A DNA stretch of 44,682 nt from a phage. Within the stretch, counting starts at the first letter, position 1. The number at the start of each line of letters is the position of its first letter. The notes under the pieces are model-generated. The model had not been told where the DNA came from. It was given only the letters and a program-made list of their open reading frames with translations, and did not search any database. Below, one piece after another: positions 1-8,497 of the stretch. Location: the sequence record PX123008.1. One strand, 5' to 3'. Position numbers and translations under genes: made by a program.

Positions 1-20
1 TGCACAAAAGGGCTTATATC

Positions 21-572
21 ATGGCAGAAATTAAAGTTAAAGGCCGTCGCGCTAAACTGGACGGACGAGTAGCAGTTACCCCGCGCCGTAAACCAGGCGA
101 GCAAACCGAGCATACCAATCTCGGACCTGAAATCGAGTACGGAAAGCGCCGTAAAGGCGGCAAATGTGGACGCCCTACTGACTACCGATCCGTTTACTGC
201 GACCAGCTTCGCCGCTATTTTGCCGACGCCGACGCCTGGCAGGTTAACTACTCCGATAAAGGCGCTGCGCAAGTAATCCCCCGCAACAAAATGCCGACCT
301 TCGGTCGTTTTGCCGCAGAAATTGGCGTAGGCGTTGCCTGCCTGTACCGCTGGGCGCGCGCACATGAGGAGTTCGCCGAGGCGATGGCGGACGCTATGGA
401 GCTACAGAAAACGTTCCTGATGGAAGCTGGCGGCGTAACCATCGCGGCGGGCTTCGCTACGTTCCTGCTTAAAGCTAACCACGGCATCCGGGACGATGTA
501 CCGCTGGATGACGACGAAGATGATAACGGCGACGTCGTTGTGGAACCTACCGGCAAAGGTCAGGGTGATTAA
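21..572 (+). CDS. terminase small subunit
   Basis: 183-aa ORF immediately upstream of and overlapping TerL by 1 nt; central helical segment (IGVGVACLYRWARAHEEFAEAMADAMELQ...FLLKANHGIRDD) resembles the Terminase_2-type small subunit from memory; acidic C-terminus. Confidence 0.7.
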   Translation: MAEIKVKGRRAKLDGRVAVTPRRKPGEQTEHTNLGPEIEYGKRRKGGKCGRPTDYRSVYCDQLRRYFADADAWQVNYSDKGAAQVIPRNKMPTFGRFAAEIGVGVACLYRWARAHEEFAEAMADAMELQKTFLMEAGGVTIAAGFATFLLKANHGIRDDVPLDDDEDDNGDVVVEPTGKGQGD

Positions 573-1957
573 TGCGTAACTATGCGGCAGAACACCGCGC
601 ACTGGAACGCGCGATCGCAAAGCGCAACCGACCGCCACGCCCAACACGCGTTGCGCAGGCCGTCCGCCTTTACCAGCCGGATTGCTTGCCGCACCAGGTT
701 GAACTACTGCGCGACACGAAGACTAAAATCCTCGGCCTGTGTTCCGGCTTCGGTGGCGGTAAGTCATGGGTAGCGGCACGTAAGGTCATCCAGCTTCTCA
801 CACTTAACCCTGGTCATGATGGCATCGTGACAGAACCGACTATTCCACTTCTGGTTAAAATCATGTATCCGGAATTGGAAAAGGCGTTTGACGAGGCGGG
901 CTTCCGGTGGAAGTTCAATAAGCAGGACAAGATCTACAGCGTTCTGGTGAAAGGCAAATGGACCCGCGTAATCTGCGAGTCAATGGAGAACTACACACGT
1001 CTTATCGGGGTTAACGCCGCATGGATTGTTGCCGACGAGTTCGACACCACGAAGCAAGCCGTCGCGATGGCGGCATATCACAAATTGCTCGGTCGTCTGC
1101 GTGCGGGCTTTGTCCGCCAGTTCGTCATCGTGTCCACCCCGGAAGGCTACCGGGCGATGTACCAGATTTTCGAAGTGGAGAAGGATAGCCAGAAGCGTTT
1201 GATCCGGGCGAAGACTACCGATAACCACCACCTACCGGCAGACTTTATCGACACGCTGCGCAGCCAATACCCGGCTAACCTGATTGACGCGTACCTGAAC
1301 GGCCTGTTTGTTAACCTTACGTCGGGCGCGGTCTACAAGATGTTTAATCGTGAGGAGAACGCCAGCACCGAAGAAGTGCAACCCGACGACACGCTGATTA
1401 TCGGTATGGACTTTAACGTCACGAAAATGGCGGCGGTCGTGTACGTCAGACGGCAGCGCATCACCGAAAACAAGGAGTTCCGCGACGAGATTCACGCAGT
1501 GGATGAATTTGTGGACCTGTTTGACACCCCAGCTATGATTGAGGCGATCGAGGAGCGCTACCCCGATCATTGTGCTGCCGGTCGGGTCGTCGTTTACCCG
1601 GATAGCAGTGGTAAGTCGCGTAAGACTGTTAACGCATCGTCGTCAGATATCGCGCAACTGGAAGACGCGGGCTTCGAGGTGGAATACGACAGCGTTAACC
1701 CGCCTGTGAAAGACCGATTAATCGCGATGAATACGATGATGTGCAACTCGAAGGGTGTGCGCCAGTATTTTGTCAACCTGGATAAATGCCCTACACTAGC
1801 GAAATGCCTGGAACAGCAGGTTTACGACCTGAAGAAAGGCGAGCCGGATAAAACCGCTGGGGTGGACCACATGAACGATGCCGCGGGCTATCCAATTGCG
1901 CACCTGTTCCCAGTGATTCGTCCGATCGCCGTTGTTCCAACTGTAGACTTCTACTAA
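572..1957 (+). CDS. terminase large subunit
   Basis: 461 aa; P-loop-like GLCSGFGGGKSW near the N-terminus and acidic nuclease-like C-terminal half; canonical position between TerS and portal. Confidence 0.88.
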   Translation: MRNYAAEHRALERAIAKRNRPPRPTRVAQAVRLYQPDCLPHQVELLRDTKTKILGLCSGFGGGKSWVAARKVIQLLTLNPGHDGIVTEPTIPLLVKIMYPELEKAFDEAGFRWKFNKQDKIYSVLVKGKWTRVICESMENYTRLIGVNAAWIVADEFDTTKQAVAMAAYHKLLGRLRAGFVRQFVIVSTPEGYRAMYQIFEVEKDSQKRLIRAKTTDNHHLPADFIDTLRSQYPANLIDAYLNGLFVNLTSGAVYKMFNREENASTEEVQPDDTLIIGMDFNVTKMAAVVYVRRQRITENKEFRDEIHAVDEFVDLFDTPAMIEAIEERYPDHCAAGRVVVYPDSSGKSRKTVNASSSDIAQLEDAGFEVEYDSVNPPVKDRLIAMNTMMCNSKGVRQYFVNLDKCPTLAKCLEQQVYDLKKGEPDKTAGVDHMNDAAGYPIAHLFPVIRPIAVVPTVDFY

Positions 1958-1968
1958 GGAAAACGACC

Positions 1969-3489
1969 ATGACCGTTAACGTTGACAACCAGCACCCACT
2001 TTATGCGCGCATCGCGCCAGAGTGGAAAATGATCCGTGATTGTGTAGCAGGGGAGCGCGCCGTGAAGGCGTGCGGCCCTTTGTACCTGCCTCATCCCGCC
2101 AGTGGCGACAATACTGACCCGAAAGCACGGGCGCGGTATAAGGCGTACAAGCAACGCGCTGTATTCCTGAACGCCACCGCCCGCACACTTAACGCGCTGT
2201 TAGGCGTCGCCTTTGCTAAACCGGTAAGTCTGGACCTTTCCGGGGCGATGGCTGACCTGATTGACGACGTTGACGGCAGCGGTATGCCTCTGCCGCAACT
2301 CCTGCGCGGTGCAATGTCGGAAGTTCTGCAATCGGGCCGCGCAGGCTTTATGGTGGACTACGACCGCCAGGCCCACTTTGATGAACTGGGTAATGTAGTG
2401 CCGCAGACCGCCGCCGAGATGGCTACACACCGCCCGCTTATCCGCCTGTATACGGCAGAGCAGATCATCAACTGGCGGCAGACCCACGGTGTTGACACGC
2501 TAATCGTGCTGAAGGAAACGGACGAAATCAGCACCGAAGACCCGGACGACTTCGCAAACCACGAAGTAACCATCTGGACCGAGCTTCGCATGATTAACGG
2601 TGCGGCACACGCCCGCCGCTGGTTTTATAACGCCGACACGTCCGAGGTGCAAATGGACTTGCCGCGTGGATTTACCCGCACCGACCTTGTGCCGCTGGTG
2701 GATGCTGCCGGTAAAGCGCTGACACAGCTTCCGTTTTGCTGGTGTGGCGCGGTGGACAACAACGCAACGCCTGACGCCGCTCCGCTGGCGGATATTGCGT
2801 CCATCAACATTAAGCACTACAACGCCGAAGCGGACGTCGCCGAGATCGCGCACATCGTGGGCCAGCCTACCCTGGTTGCGACGGGCTTGACTCAATCATG
2901 GGCTGACAAGAACCTGAAGGGAGGCATTGCCCTCGGTGCGACTAAGGGCGTTATTCTGGGTCAGAACATGGACGCTAAACTGATTCAGGCGGAGGAGCGC
3001 AACTTGTCGGTTGCACTGTGTGAGCGTCGCGAATTGCAAATGGCTAAACTGGGCGCGGCCCTGGTTGAGAAGGGGACTGCACCTAAGACGGCAACCGAAG
3101 CGGCCTACGATGCGCAGACTGATAACAGTATCCTGTCGCTTATTGCCGGTAACGTTGAGAAGGCTTTCAACCGTGCGCTGCAAATCGTCCAGCTATTCAC
3201 GGGCGACACCGCCGACCAGCGTGTGACGCTGAATAAGTTCTACACCGAAATCACGGTTGATGCGCAGCTTATGACCGCGATGATGTCGGGTGTGCAGACG
3301 GGTACGGTCCGACTGGCTGACTTTATCAAGTGGATGATGGCGCAGGGCGTCATCGACGACTCGCAAACCGTCGAGCAGGTGGAAGACGAATTGCGAAATC
3401 AGAATCCATTGCCTCAAATGTCCCCTGATGCGGTAGAATCTACCGAAGAAGACCCGGACAAGGTAGCGGACAATGGCGAAGACAATTAA
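1969..3489 (+). CDS. portal protein
   Basis: 506 aa directly after TerL with AAGGA RBS; acidic C-terminal tail; size and position typical of portal. Confidence 0.8.
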   Translation: MTVNVDNQHPLYARIAPEWKMIRDCVAGERAVKACGPLYLPHPASGDNTDPKARARYKAYKQRAVFLNATARTLNALLGVAFAKPVSLDLSGAMADLIDDVDGSGMPLPQLLRGAMSEVLQSGRAGFMVDYDRQAHFDELGNVVPQTAAEMATHRPLIRLYTAEQIINWRQTHGVDTLIVLKETDEISTEDPDDFANHEVTIWTELRMINGAAHARRWFYNADTSEVQMDLPRGFTRTDLVPLVDAAGKALTQLPFCWCGAVDNNATPDAAPLADIASINIKHYNAEADVAEIAHIVGQPTLVATGLTQSWADKNLKGGIALGATKGVILGQNMDAKLIQAEERNLSVALCERRELQMAKLGAALVEKGTAPKTATEAAYDAQTDNSILSLIAGNVEKAFNRALQIVQLFTGDTADQRVTLNKFYTEITVDAQLMTAMMSGVQTGTVRLADFIKWMMAQGVIDDSQTVEQVEDELRNQNPLPQMSPDAVESTEEDPDKVADNGEDN

Positions 3490-4576
3490 TCAATATATGG
3501 CGGATCGAATGATTCGCCGTCACATCTTCACCCAGCGCCTGAGCAATGACCAGGCGCGTAGGGTGCTGGCTATGTGGGAGAAGTTCCGGCCCACGTTACT
3601 GGGTAAGCTGACCGAGTTACTTGATGGCAGAAAGTCCATGAACAACAAGGCACTTACCACTCTGTTAACGCAACTCGACAAGACCGTTAAATCAGAACTG
3701 CGCACCGAGTTTAAGGCGCTGGCAGAAAGCCTTCAGGAGTTCGCCGACACGGAGGCTGATTATCTTGCTGACACACTAACGGCAGCGATCCAGCCCGCGG
3801 TCGCCGTACCTGCTGTTGAGGTGGTGGGCGTAGTGACCGGCGCGCAGATCGCAGCGACGGCTATGAAAAACCCGTTCCAGGGTAACACCATGATGCAGTG
3901 GCCCGATTCACTTTCCGAGTGGACCAGGACGCAGATCGGCAATCAGGTGCGCGCCGGATTCATCCAGGGCAAGCCGACGATGGAAATTATTGCGGACGTG
4001 AGGCGCGCGCTAGGCGGTCGTAGTGCGCAAGCAATATCAAGCGTTGTTAAGTCCGCGGTCAACCACTATGCGGCGACCGCCCGCGAATTAATGGTAAAAG
4101 CTAATGACGATATTCTCGAAGGTCGCCAATGGTTGGCTACATTGGACACGCATACTTCTCCCATGTGCCAGCTACGCGATCGCCTGTTTTATCCGGTTGA
4201 TGTTACTCCCGACACAAAAGGGAAGCGCGGCGGAAAAGTGGTGGCGGGATCACAATATGGCGCTGGTCCGGGCAAGCTGCATTATTGCTGCCGTTCGACG
4301 GAGACGTGGAAAGTCAAAGGTATGGAATATTGGCCCAGTGGTAAGCGTCCGGCACTGAAGGCTGACGCAGGCAGATTGCTGAGTGAGCAGGTCGACGCGC
4401 AGACTGATTTCTTCTCATGGGTGCAGCGCCAGCCGCGCCATATCCTGGAAGAATTATACGGGGTGCAACGAGCCGACCAGATTATGCGAGGCGTGAAAGT
4501 GCCGAAGATGTTCACCGATACGGGCGAACTAATGACTATTGCGCAGCTTAAAAACAGGGGGCTATGGCGTGATTAA
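3473..4576 (+). CDS. head morphogenesis protein (Mu gpF / SPP1 gp7-like minor head protein)
   Basis: 367 aa overlapping the portal 3' end; conserved position after portal; assignment from memory. Confidence 0.6.
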   Translation: MAKTINQYMADRMIRRHIFTQRLSNDQARRVLAMWEKFRPTLLGKLTELLDGRKSMNNKALTTLLTQLDKTVKSELRTEFKALAESLQEFADTEADYLADTLTAAIQPAVAVPAVEVVGVVTGAQIAATAMKNPFQGNTMMQWPDSLSEWTRTQIGNQVRAGFIQGKPTMEIIADVRRALGGRSAQAISSVVKSAVNHYAATARELMVKANDDILEGRQWLATLDTHTSPMCQLRDRLFYPVDVTPDTKGKRGGKVVAGSQYGAGPGKLHYCCRSTETWKVKGMEYWPSGKRPALKADAGRLLSEQVDAQTDFFSWVQRQPRHILEELYGVQRADQIMRGVKVPKMFTDTGELMTIAQLKNRGLWRD

Positions 4577-4877
4577 ATACGCGGCGATCGGATTGGTAAT
4601 AGGTCTGGCGGTTGGATTCTGGCAGGGTGATTCCTACCGCACTGGCGTTGAGGCGAGAGCGGCGCAAGAAGCGCAAGCGAAAGCCCAACGGCAGCAAACT
4701 AAGGTTGTCGAGGGGGCAGTGCAGGCCGAACAGGCCCGCGATGTGGAATACCGGACTATCACGAAAGAGGTTGTGAAATATGTTACGCGTCCTAACCGTC
4801 CTGATTGCAGTTTTGATGCTGAGCGCGTGCGGATCAAGCAAAGCGCCATTGATGCCGCTAACCGAGTCGGTCTATAG
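4569..4877 (+). CDS. i-spanin (Rz-like)
   Basis: GTG start with AGGGGG RBS; N-terminal TM segment (IKYAAIGLVIGLAVGFW) followed by a charged coiled-coil-like periplasmic domain; fully overlaps the o-spanin ORF in another frame. Confidence 0.55.
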   Translation: MIKYAAIGLVIGLAVGFWQGDSYRTGVEARAAQEAQAKAQRQQTKVVEGAVQAEQARDVEYRTITKEVVKYVTRPNRPDCSFDAERVRIKQSAIDAANRVGL

Positions 4878-5010
4878 ACCTCCTTGCACCTTTGAGAATG
4901 CCTCGGCAGATCCAGACGAAGACTTGCTGGTTGATGTTAAGAATATGGAGTGTGGTGCTAAGCTAAGGGCGCAAGTGCTGGAGTTGCAGAAAATAATTCG
5001 GGGGCTGTGA
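4780..5010 (+). CDS. o-spanin (Rz1-like outer-membrane lipoprotein)
   Basis: 76 aa; signal peptide with lipobox LSAC; proline-rich mature part; starts inside the i-spanin ORF in the +1 frame. Confidence 0.6.
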   Translation: MLRVLTVLIAVLMLSACGSSKAPLMPLTESVYRPPCTFENASADPDEDLLVDVKNMECGAKLRAQVLELQKIIRGL

Positions 5011-5025
5011 TGGCCCCCTTTTTTG
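5000..5025 (+). terminator. rho-independent terminator
   Basis: GGGGGC-tgtgatg-GCCCCC hairpin followed by TTTTTT; the o-spanin stop codon lies in the loop. Confidence 0.65.
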
Positions 5026-5295
5026 TTAGCGCGGAATGCCGCAAATCTCGTTTAACGTCTTCACGTCCAGCGCCACCGCCGTGGACTTCGGCTTGTCCGG
5101 GTAGGGAATGAACTGTTCCACTTCAGGCCACGCCTTGATCAGCTTCTTATCGGTATTGTGCAAATCCAGCACGCCGGTAACTGTTAGTTTGAACGCGTCA
5201 TACTTCGCACGCAAATCGCGGCGGGCCTTGTCGTTACGGTCCAGGCGCTTACAGAAGTCGTGGTCCGCCGGGTAGTCTATACGACCGCGTGGCAT
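5026..5295 (-). CDS. hypothetical protein; possibly the C-terminal part of the upstream ORF, see (AT)5 finding
   Basis: ORF MPRGRIDYPADHDF...; frame junction with ORF 5277..5792 coincides with an (AT)5 tract. Confidence 0.4.
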   Translation of the reverse strand: MPRGRIDYPADHDFCKRLDRNDKARRDLRAKYDAFKLTVTGVLDLHNTDKKLIKAWPEVEQFIPYPDKPKSTAVALDVKTLNEICGIPR

Positions 5296-5792
5296 ATATA
5301 TATCGGCAGCGCTTTCCCGTCGTCGTCGACTTCGCACACTGACGCTAACAAAATTTCCTCATACCCTGGCACAATATCGCCGAGATCGGGAGACAGTTTA
5401 TTCATGTATTTATACTCCCAGTATCCGCGATGTGCTCGGAATCGGTGTCCGTCTCCGCTCAATGACACGGTACGGACGTTTCCGCCTGCGTTGATTTCGA
5501 AAGTGGCGTCGTAAACGCTGCCTATACCATATGGGTTGTCGGCGTCATGTCTATACGTCGCCTTATTGGTGTACACACAGACGCCGTATATCTGCGACGG
5601 GTCATTGCCGATTGCATAAATGCGCTCACGTAGCTCGGCGAACGTATGAATGCCTTCCGGCATACAGTCCAGCGTAATGGCGTACGCCAGATTTCGAGAG
5701 TCCATCATGATTGATTTGGCTTCGGTCGCGATTTCGTGGTCGCGCAGGATGTTAGCCAGAATCTGGTTTTTAATGTCTTTCGTCAGTCTCAT
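5277..5792 (-). CDS. hypothetical protein
   Basis: 171 aa, ATG with GAGGA RBS 8 nt upstream; no recognisable motif. Confidence 0.5.
   Translation of the reverse strand: MRLTKDIKNQILANILRDHEIATEAKSIMMDSRNLAYAITLDCMPEGIHTFAELRERIYAIGNDPSQIYGVCVYTNKATYRHDADNPYGIGSVYDATFEINAGGNVRTVSLSGDGHRFRAHRGYWEYKYMNKLSPDLGDIVPGYEEILLASVCEVDDDGKALPIYICHAVV
5294..5303. repeat. (AT)5 dinucleotide tract at the junction of two ORFs
   Basis: atatatatat read directly; removing one AT unit would fuse ORF 5277..5792 to ORF 5026..5295 in frame. Confidence 0.9.
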
Positions 5793-5874
5793 TTTTGTGT
5801 CCTCGTTGTTGGGGCTTTCGCCCCTGTTGGTTTAGTTAAACTTGATGTTGCCGCCAATAGGCTGCTTTTGTTAG

Positions 5875-6393
5875 CTACAAACGCATCGGCATGATAACAA
5901 GGAAGGCACCGCCTTTGAACAGCACACGTGTCGCCTTGTCTACTCCCTGAAATTCCAGTTTTAAGCTATCAAACTTACGGTCGAACAATTTAGCAATTTT
6001 GCAGGCGTCGGACAGGTATGCCCCGGCAAACCCTATAGCCTCCACTTTAGCGCTGTCAAAAGACGTAACTCTACGCCAGTCTGGGAATCGGCCGTCTATG
6101 ATCTCTACGGGTATGGTACCGATTAATACGTCTTTACTATCAAAGAACGCAGCGGAGGTGCCGTCTATGTTGCAATATTCGAATTTAGTAGGTAAGCGTC
6201 CTTTAATTGCTACTATTTTACTTTCACCTTCGGGAACAACCGCGGACCCGCAGAACAAGCGATGACCGTCGGTGGCCACAATGAATCCTTTCTCGTCGAA
6301 AAATACACCGTTCAGATAGTATCGCACGTCATTAGTTGCGGCGCACATCATAGCGGCTTTAAGATCAGCATAGTTAACTTTAATCATTGTCAT
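5875..6393 (-). CDS. truncated beta sliding clamp (DnaN domain II-III) homologue
   Basis: 173 aa from ATG with GAGGA RBS; motifs DVRYYLNGVFF, VATDGHRL, DGRFPDWRRV and C-terminal VIMPMRL match E. coli DnaN residues ~145-366 as recalled; no domain I. Confidence 0.7.
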   Translation of the reverse strand: MTMIKVNYADLKAAMMCAATNDVRYYLNGVFFDEKGFIVATDGHRLFCGSAVVPEGESKIVAIKGRLPTKFEYCNIDGTSAAFFDSKDVLIGTIPVEIIDGRFPDWRRVTSFDSAKVEAIGFAGAYLSDACKIAKLFDRKFDSLKLEFQGVDKATRVLFKGGAFLVIMPMRL

Positions 6394-6416
6394 TTCCTCG
6401 TTGTTGGAGTGCAACC

Positions 6417-6446
6417 AATATAGTGCAACCAATACGAGGATTGCAA
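6417..6446 (-). promoter_or_regulatory. sigma70-like promoter (TTGCAA-N18-TATATT) for the clamp-like gene, with ATTGGTTGCAC motif copies
   Basis: hexamers read directly on the minus strand; downstream leader GGTTGCACTCCAACAACGAGGA then ATG at 6393. Confidence 0.5.
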
Positions 6447-6453
6447 GCGAATT

Positions 6454-6481
6454 TTGCGATTATTTTTATCGCTGATAATAT
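6454..6481 (+). promoter_or_regulatory. putative sigma70-like promoter for the scaffold/capsid operon (TTGCGA-N16-TAATAT)
   Basis: hexamer matches read directly ~55 nt upstream of the scaffold start. Confidence 0.35.
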
Positions 6482-6536
6482 TAGAAGCGTGAAGTCGAGC
6501 GGGTGGCCTGCTCTGCCACAATCCCAGGGGGATAGC

Positions 6537-7241
6537 ATGAAACTTACTAAAGCAGAATATGACGCGTTGCCGGAAGGTATGAAGGCGCTTTTTGTTGCCG
6601 ATGGCGACGGGTATAAATCAACTTTCATGACCGCAGAAGAAGTACAGGCGGAAATCAAGGGTCTGAAAGACAACAACGCGAAGCTGGTGAGCGAGAAGAA
6701 AGCAGAAGCTGAACGCCGCGCCGAAGCCGAGCGACTTGCGAAAGAGAAAGAGGAAGCCGCTGCGCGCAAAAATGGCGACCTCGAAGCGATCGACAAGTCC
6801 TGGAAAGATAAGTTTGCTAAACACGAAGCAGACACATCGGGAAAAATCGAAGCCTACCGCAAGCAGATCCACGATCTCACCATCGGCAGCGCTGCCAAAG
6901 ACCTGGCATCGAAGCTGTTCGGTAAGAATGCTGGGATCATGCAACGTCACGTAATGGACCGCCTGACGCTGGAAGACGGCGAAGACGGCAGCTTGAAAGT
7001 GCGTGTCTTGCAGGATGGCAAACCGTCCGCGCTGACTATGGAAGAGCTTGAGAAAGAGTTCCGTAATAACGCCGATTTTGCATCCGTCCTGGCTGGCACG
7101 CCAGCCGGTGGCGCGCCTAGCAAACCGACGCAGGTTGTCGAAGATGTGAAGTCGAAAATCACTATGGGCCACAGCTTCGGTATCACTGACCTTACGAAAC
7201 AGGCAGGTGAAATCATCGCTAAGATGGGCGACGACGAGTAA
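6537..7241 (+). CDS. scaffolding protein
   Basis: 234 aa from ATG with GGGGGA RBS; highly charged, alanine/lysine/glutamate-rich coiled-coil-like protein directly upstream of the major capsid gene. Confidence 0.6.
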   Translation: MKLTKAEYDALPEGMKALFVADGDGYKSTFMTAEEVQAEIKGLKDNNAKLVSEKKAEAERRAEAERLAKEKEEAAARKNGDLEAIDKSWKDKFAKHEADTSGKIEAYRKQIHDLTIGSAAKDLASKLFGKNAGIMQRHVMDRLTLEDGEDGSLKVRVLQDGKPSALTMEELEKEFRNNADFASVLAGTPAGGAPSKPTQVVEDVKSKITMGHSFGITDLTKQAGEIIAKMGDDE

Positions 7242-7338
7242 GCAGATTGCCCGCGAAAGCGGGCAATTTTGCGAGCGCGTAAATCTAAGGTAACATTAAC
7301 GTCACTGGGCGAATGCTCACAACTCAAAGGATTTCGAT

Positions 7339-8439
7339 ATGTCTTTAACAGTGTTCCAGCGTAAACTCGTTACCGCGGTTACGCAAATGATCCCCGACAA
7401 CCTGAACGTTTTCAACGCCGCCGCCAATGGCGCTGTTGTTCTCGGTACTGGTGAAGTGCTGAAGGATGTTATTGAGAAAATGTCCGTAGGCTTGATCGCC
7501 AACCTCGTTACCGACCGTAACGCCTACGCCCCTGTCGGCACTCCGGCAACCGCGAAAGTGCTGGCGCGTATGCTGACCAACTCGGTTAACCTTTCCGCTA
7601 AAGTAGGTCCGGTAGCAATCACGAAGGCCATGATGGCTAAGATCGAAACCAACGTTAACAGCGTTGCGGCTGAGATTGCGGCACAGGCGACTCAAGCGAT
7701 TATGCTGCATTACCTGAAAGCGGGTATCGGTGCGGGTAAAGCGGCGATCGAGAGCAACAACAACGCGGTATACACCCAACCGGCGCGCGTTGACGGCGTT
7801 GGCGGTCGTACCTTCCCGACCCTGGCTGACTTCCCTCTGGCGGCTTCTAAGTTCGGCGATCAGGCGTCTTTGATTAAGTCCTGGTTTATGGACGGCGTTA
7901 CCTGGGCAAACTTCATCGCGTACCAGGCGCTCCCTTCCGCTGAACAGGTATTCGCAATTGGCGATCTTCAGGTAATGGGTGATGGCCTGGGCCGTCGTTT
8001 CATTATCTCCGATGCCGCTGCCGATGCTATGGGTGCTGGTAAAATGCTTGGTCTGGTACCGGGTGCGGTTGCAGTTACCACCAACGGCCTCGATATGCTG
8101 GCGCAGGAAAAAGGCGGCAACGAGAACATCGAACGCTGGTGGCAGGGCGAGTTCGACTTCAACGTGGCGGTTAAAGGCTACCGTCTGAAGGCGTCCGCTC
8201 GTACCCCGATCGAAGGCATTCGCTCGTTCAAGCTGTCAGATATCACCACTAAGGACAACTGGGAGCTTGACCAGGGCCAGGTAGACAACGCACCGGCAAC
8301 CGTGCAGGACGTGGGCGCTGTTGGTGATGGCGATACTAAAGGCCGTCGTAAGACCCAGGCCGCACAGGAAGTGCCGACCCGTCACATCAAGGAAACGGCG
8401 GGCGTACTGGTTACGCTGACTGCGACCAAAGCGTCCTGA
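7339..8439 (+). CDS. major capsid protein
   Basis: 366 aa after the scaffold gene with AAGGA RBS; followed by a strong terminator; position and size typical. Confidence 0.75.
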   Translation: MSLTVFQRKLVTAVTQMIPDNLNVFNAAANGAVVLGTGEVLKDVIEKMSVGLIANLVTDRNAYAPVGTPATAKVLARMLTNSVNLSAKVGPVAITKAMMAKIETNVNSVAAEIAAQATQAIMLHYLKAGIGAGKAAIESNNNAVYTQPARVDGVGGRTFPTLADFPLAASKFGDQASLIKSWFMDGVTWANFIAYQALPSAEQVFAIGDLQVMGDGLGRRFIISDAAADAMGAGKMLGLVPGAVAVTTNGLDMLAQEKGGNENIERWWQGEFDFNVAVKGYRLKASARTPIEGIRSFKLSDITTKDNWELDQGQVDNAPATVQDVGAVGDGDTKGRRKTQAAQEVPTRHIKETAGVLVTLTATKAS

Positions 8440-8458
8440 TCTACGCACATCCCAAATG

Positions 8459-8482
8459 GGCGGGCTTATGCCCGCCTTTTTT
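8459..8482 (+). terminator. rho-independent terminator after the capsid gene
   Basis: GGCGGGC-ttat-GCCCGCC hairpin followed by TTTTTT. Confidence 0.65.
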
Positions 8483-8497
8483 ATAGGAGTGAATACA

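Noticed and set aside
6618-7172. Long antisense ORFs in the track opposite well-supported genes (for example 6618..7172 -, 20008..21102 -, 24832..25551 +, 31556..32557 +, 27905..28279 -, 38281..39018 -, 33688..34869 +)
   Set aside because: Each lies fully inside a gene with clear motifs or synteny on the other strand and has no RBS or independent support; they are typical shadow ORFs in GC-rich coding DNA.
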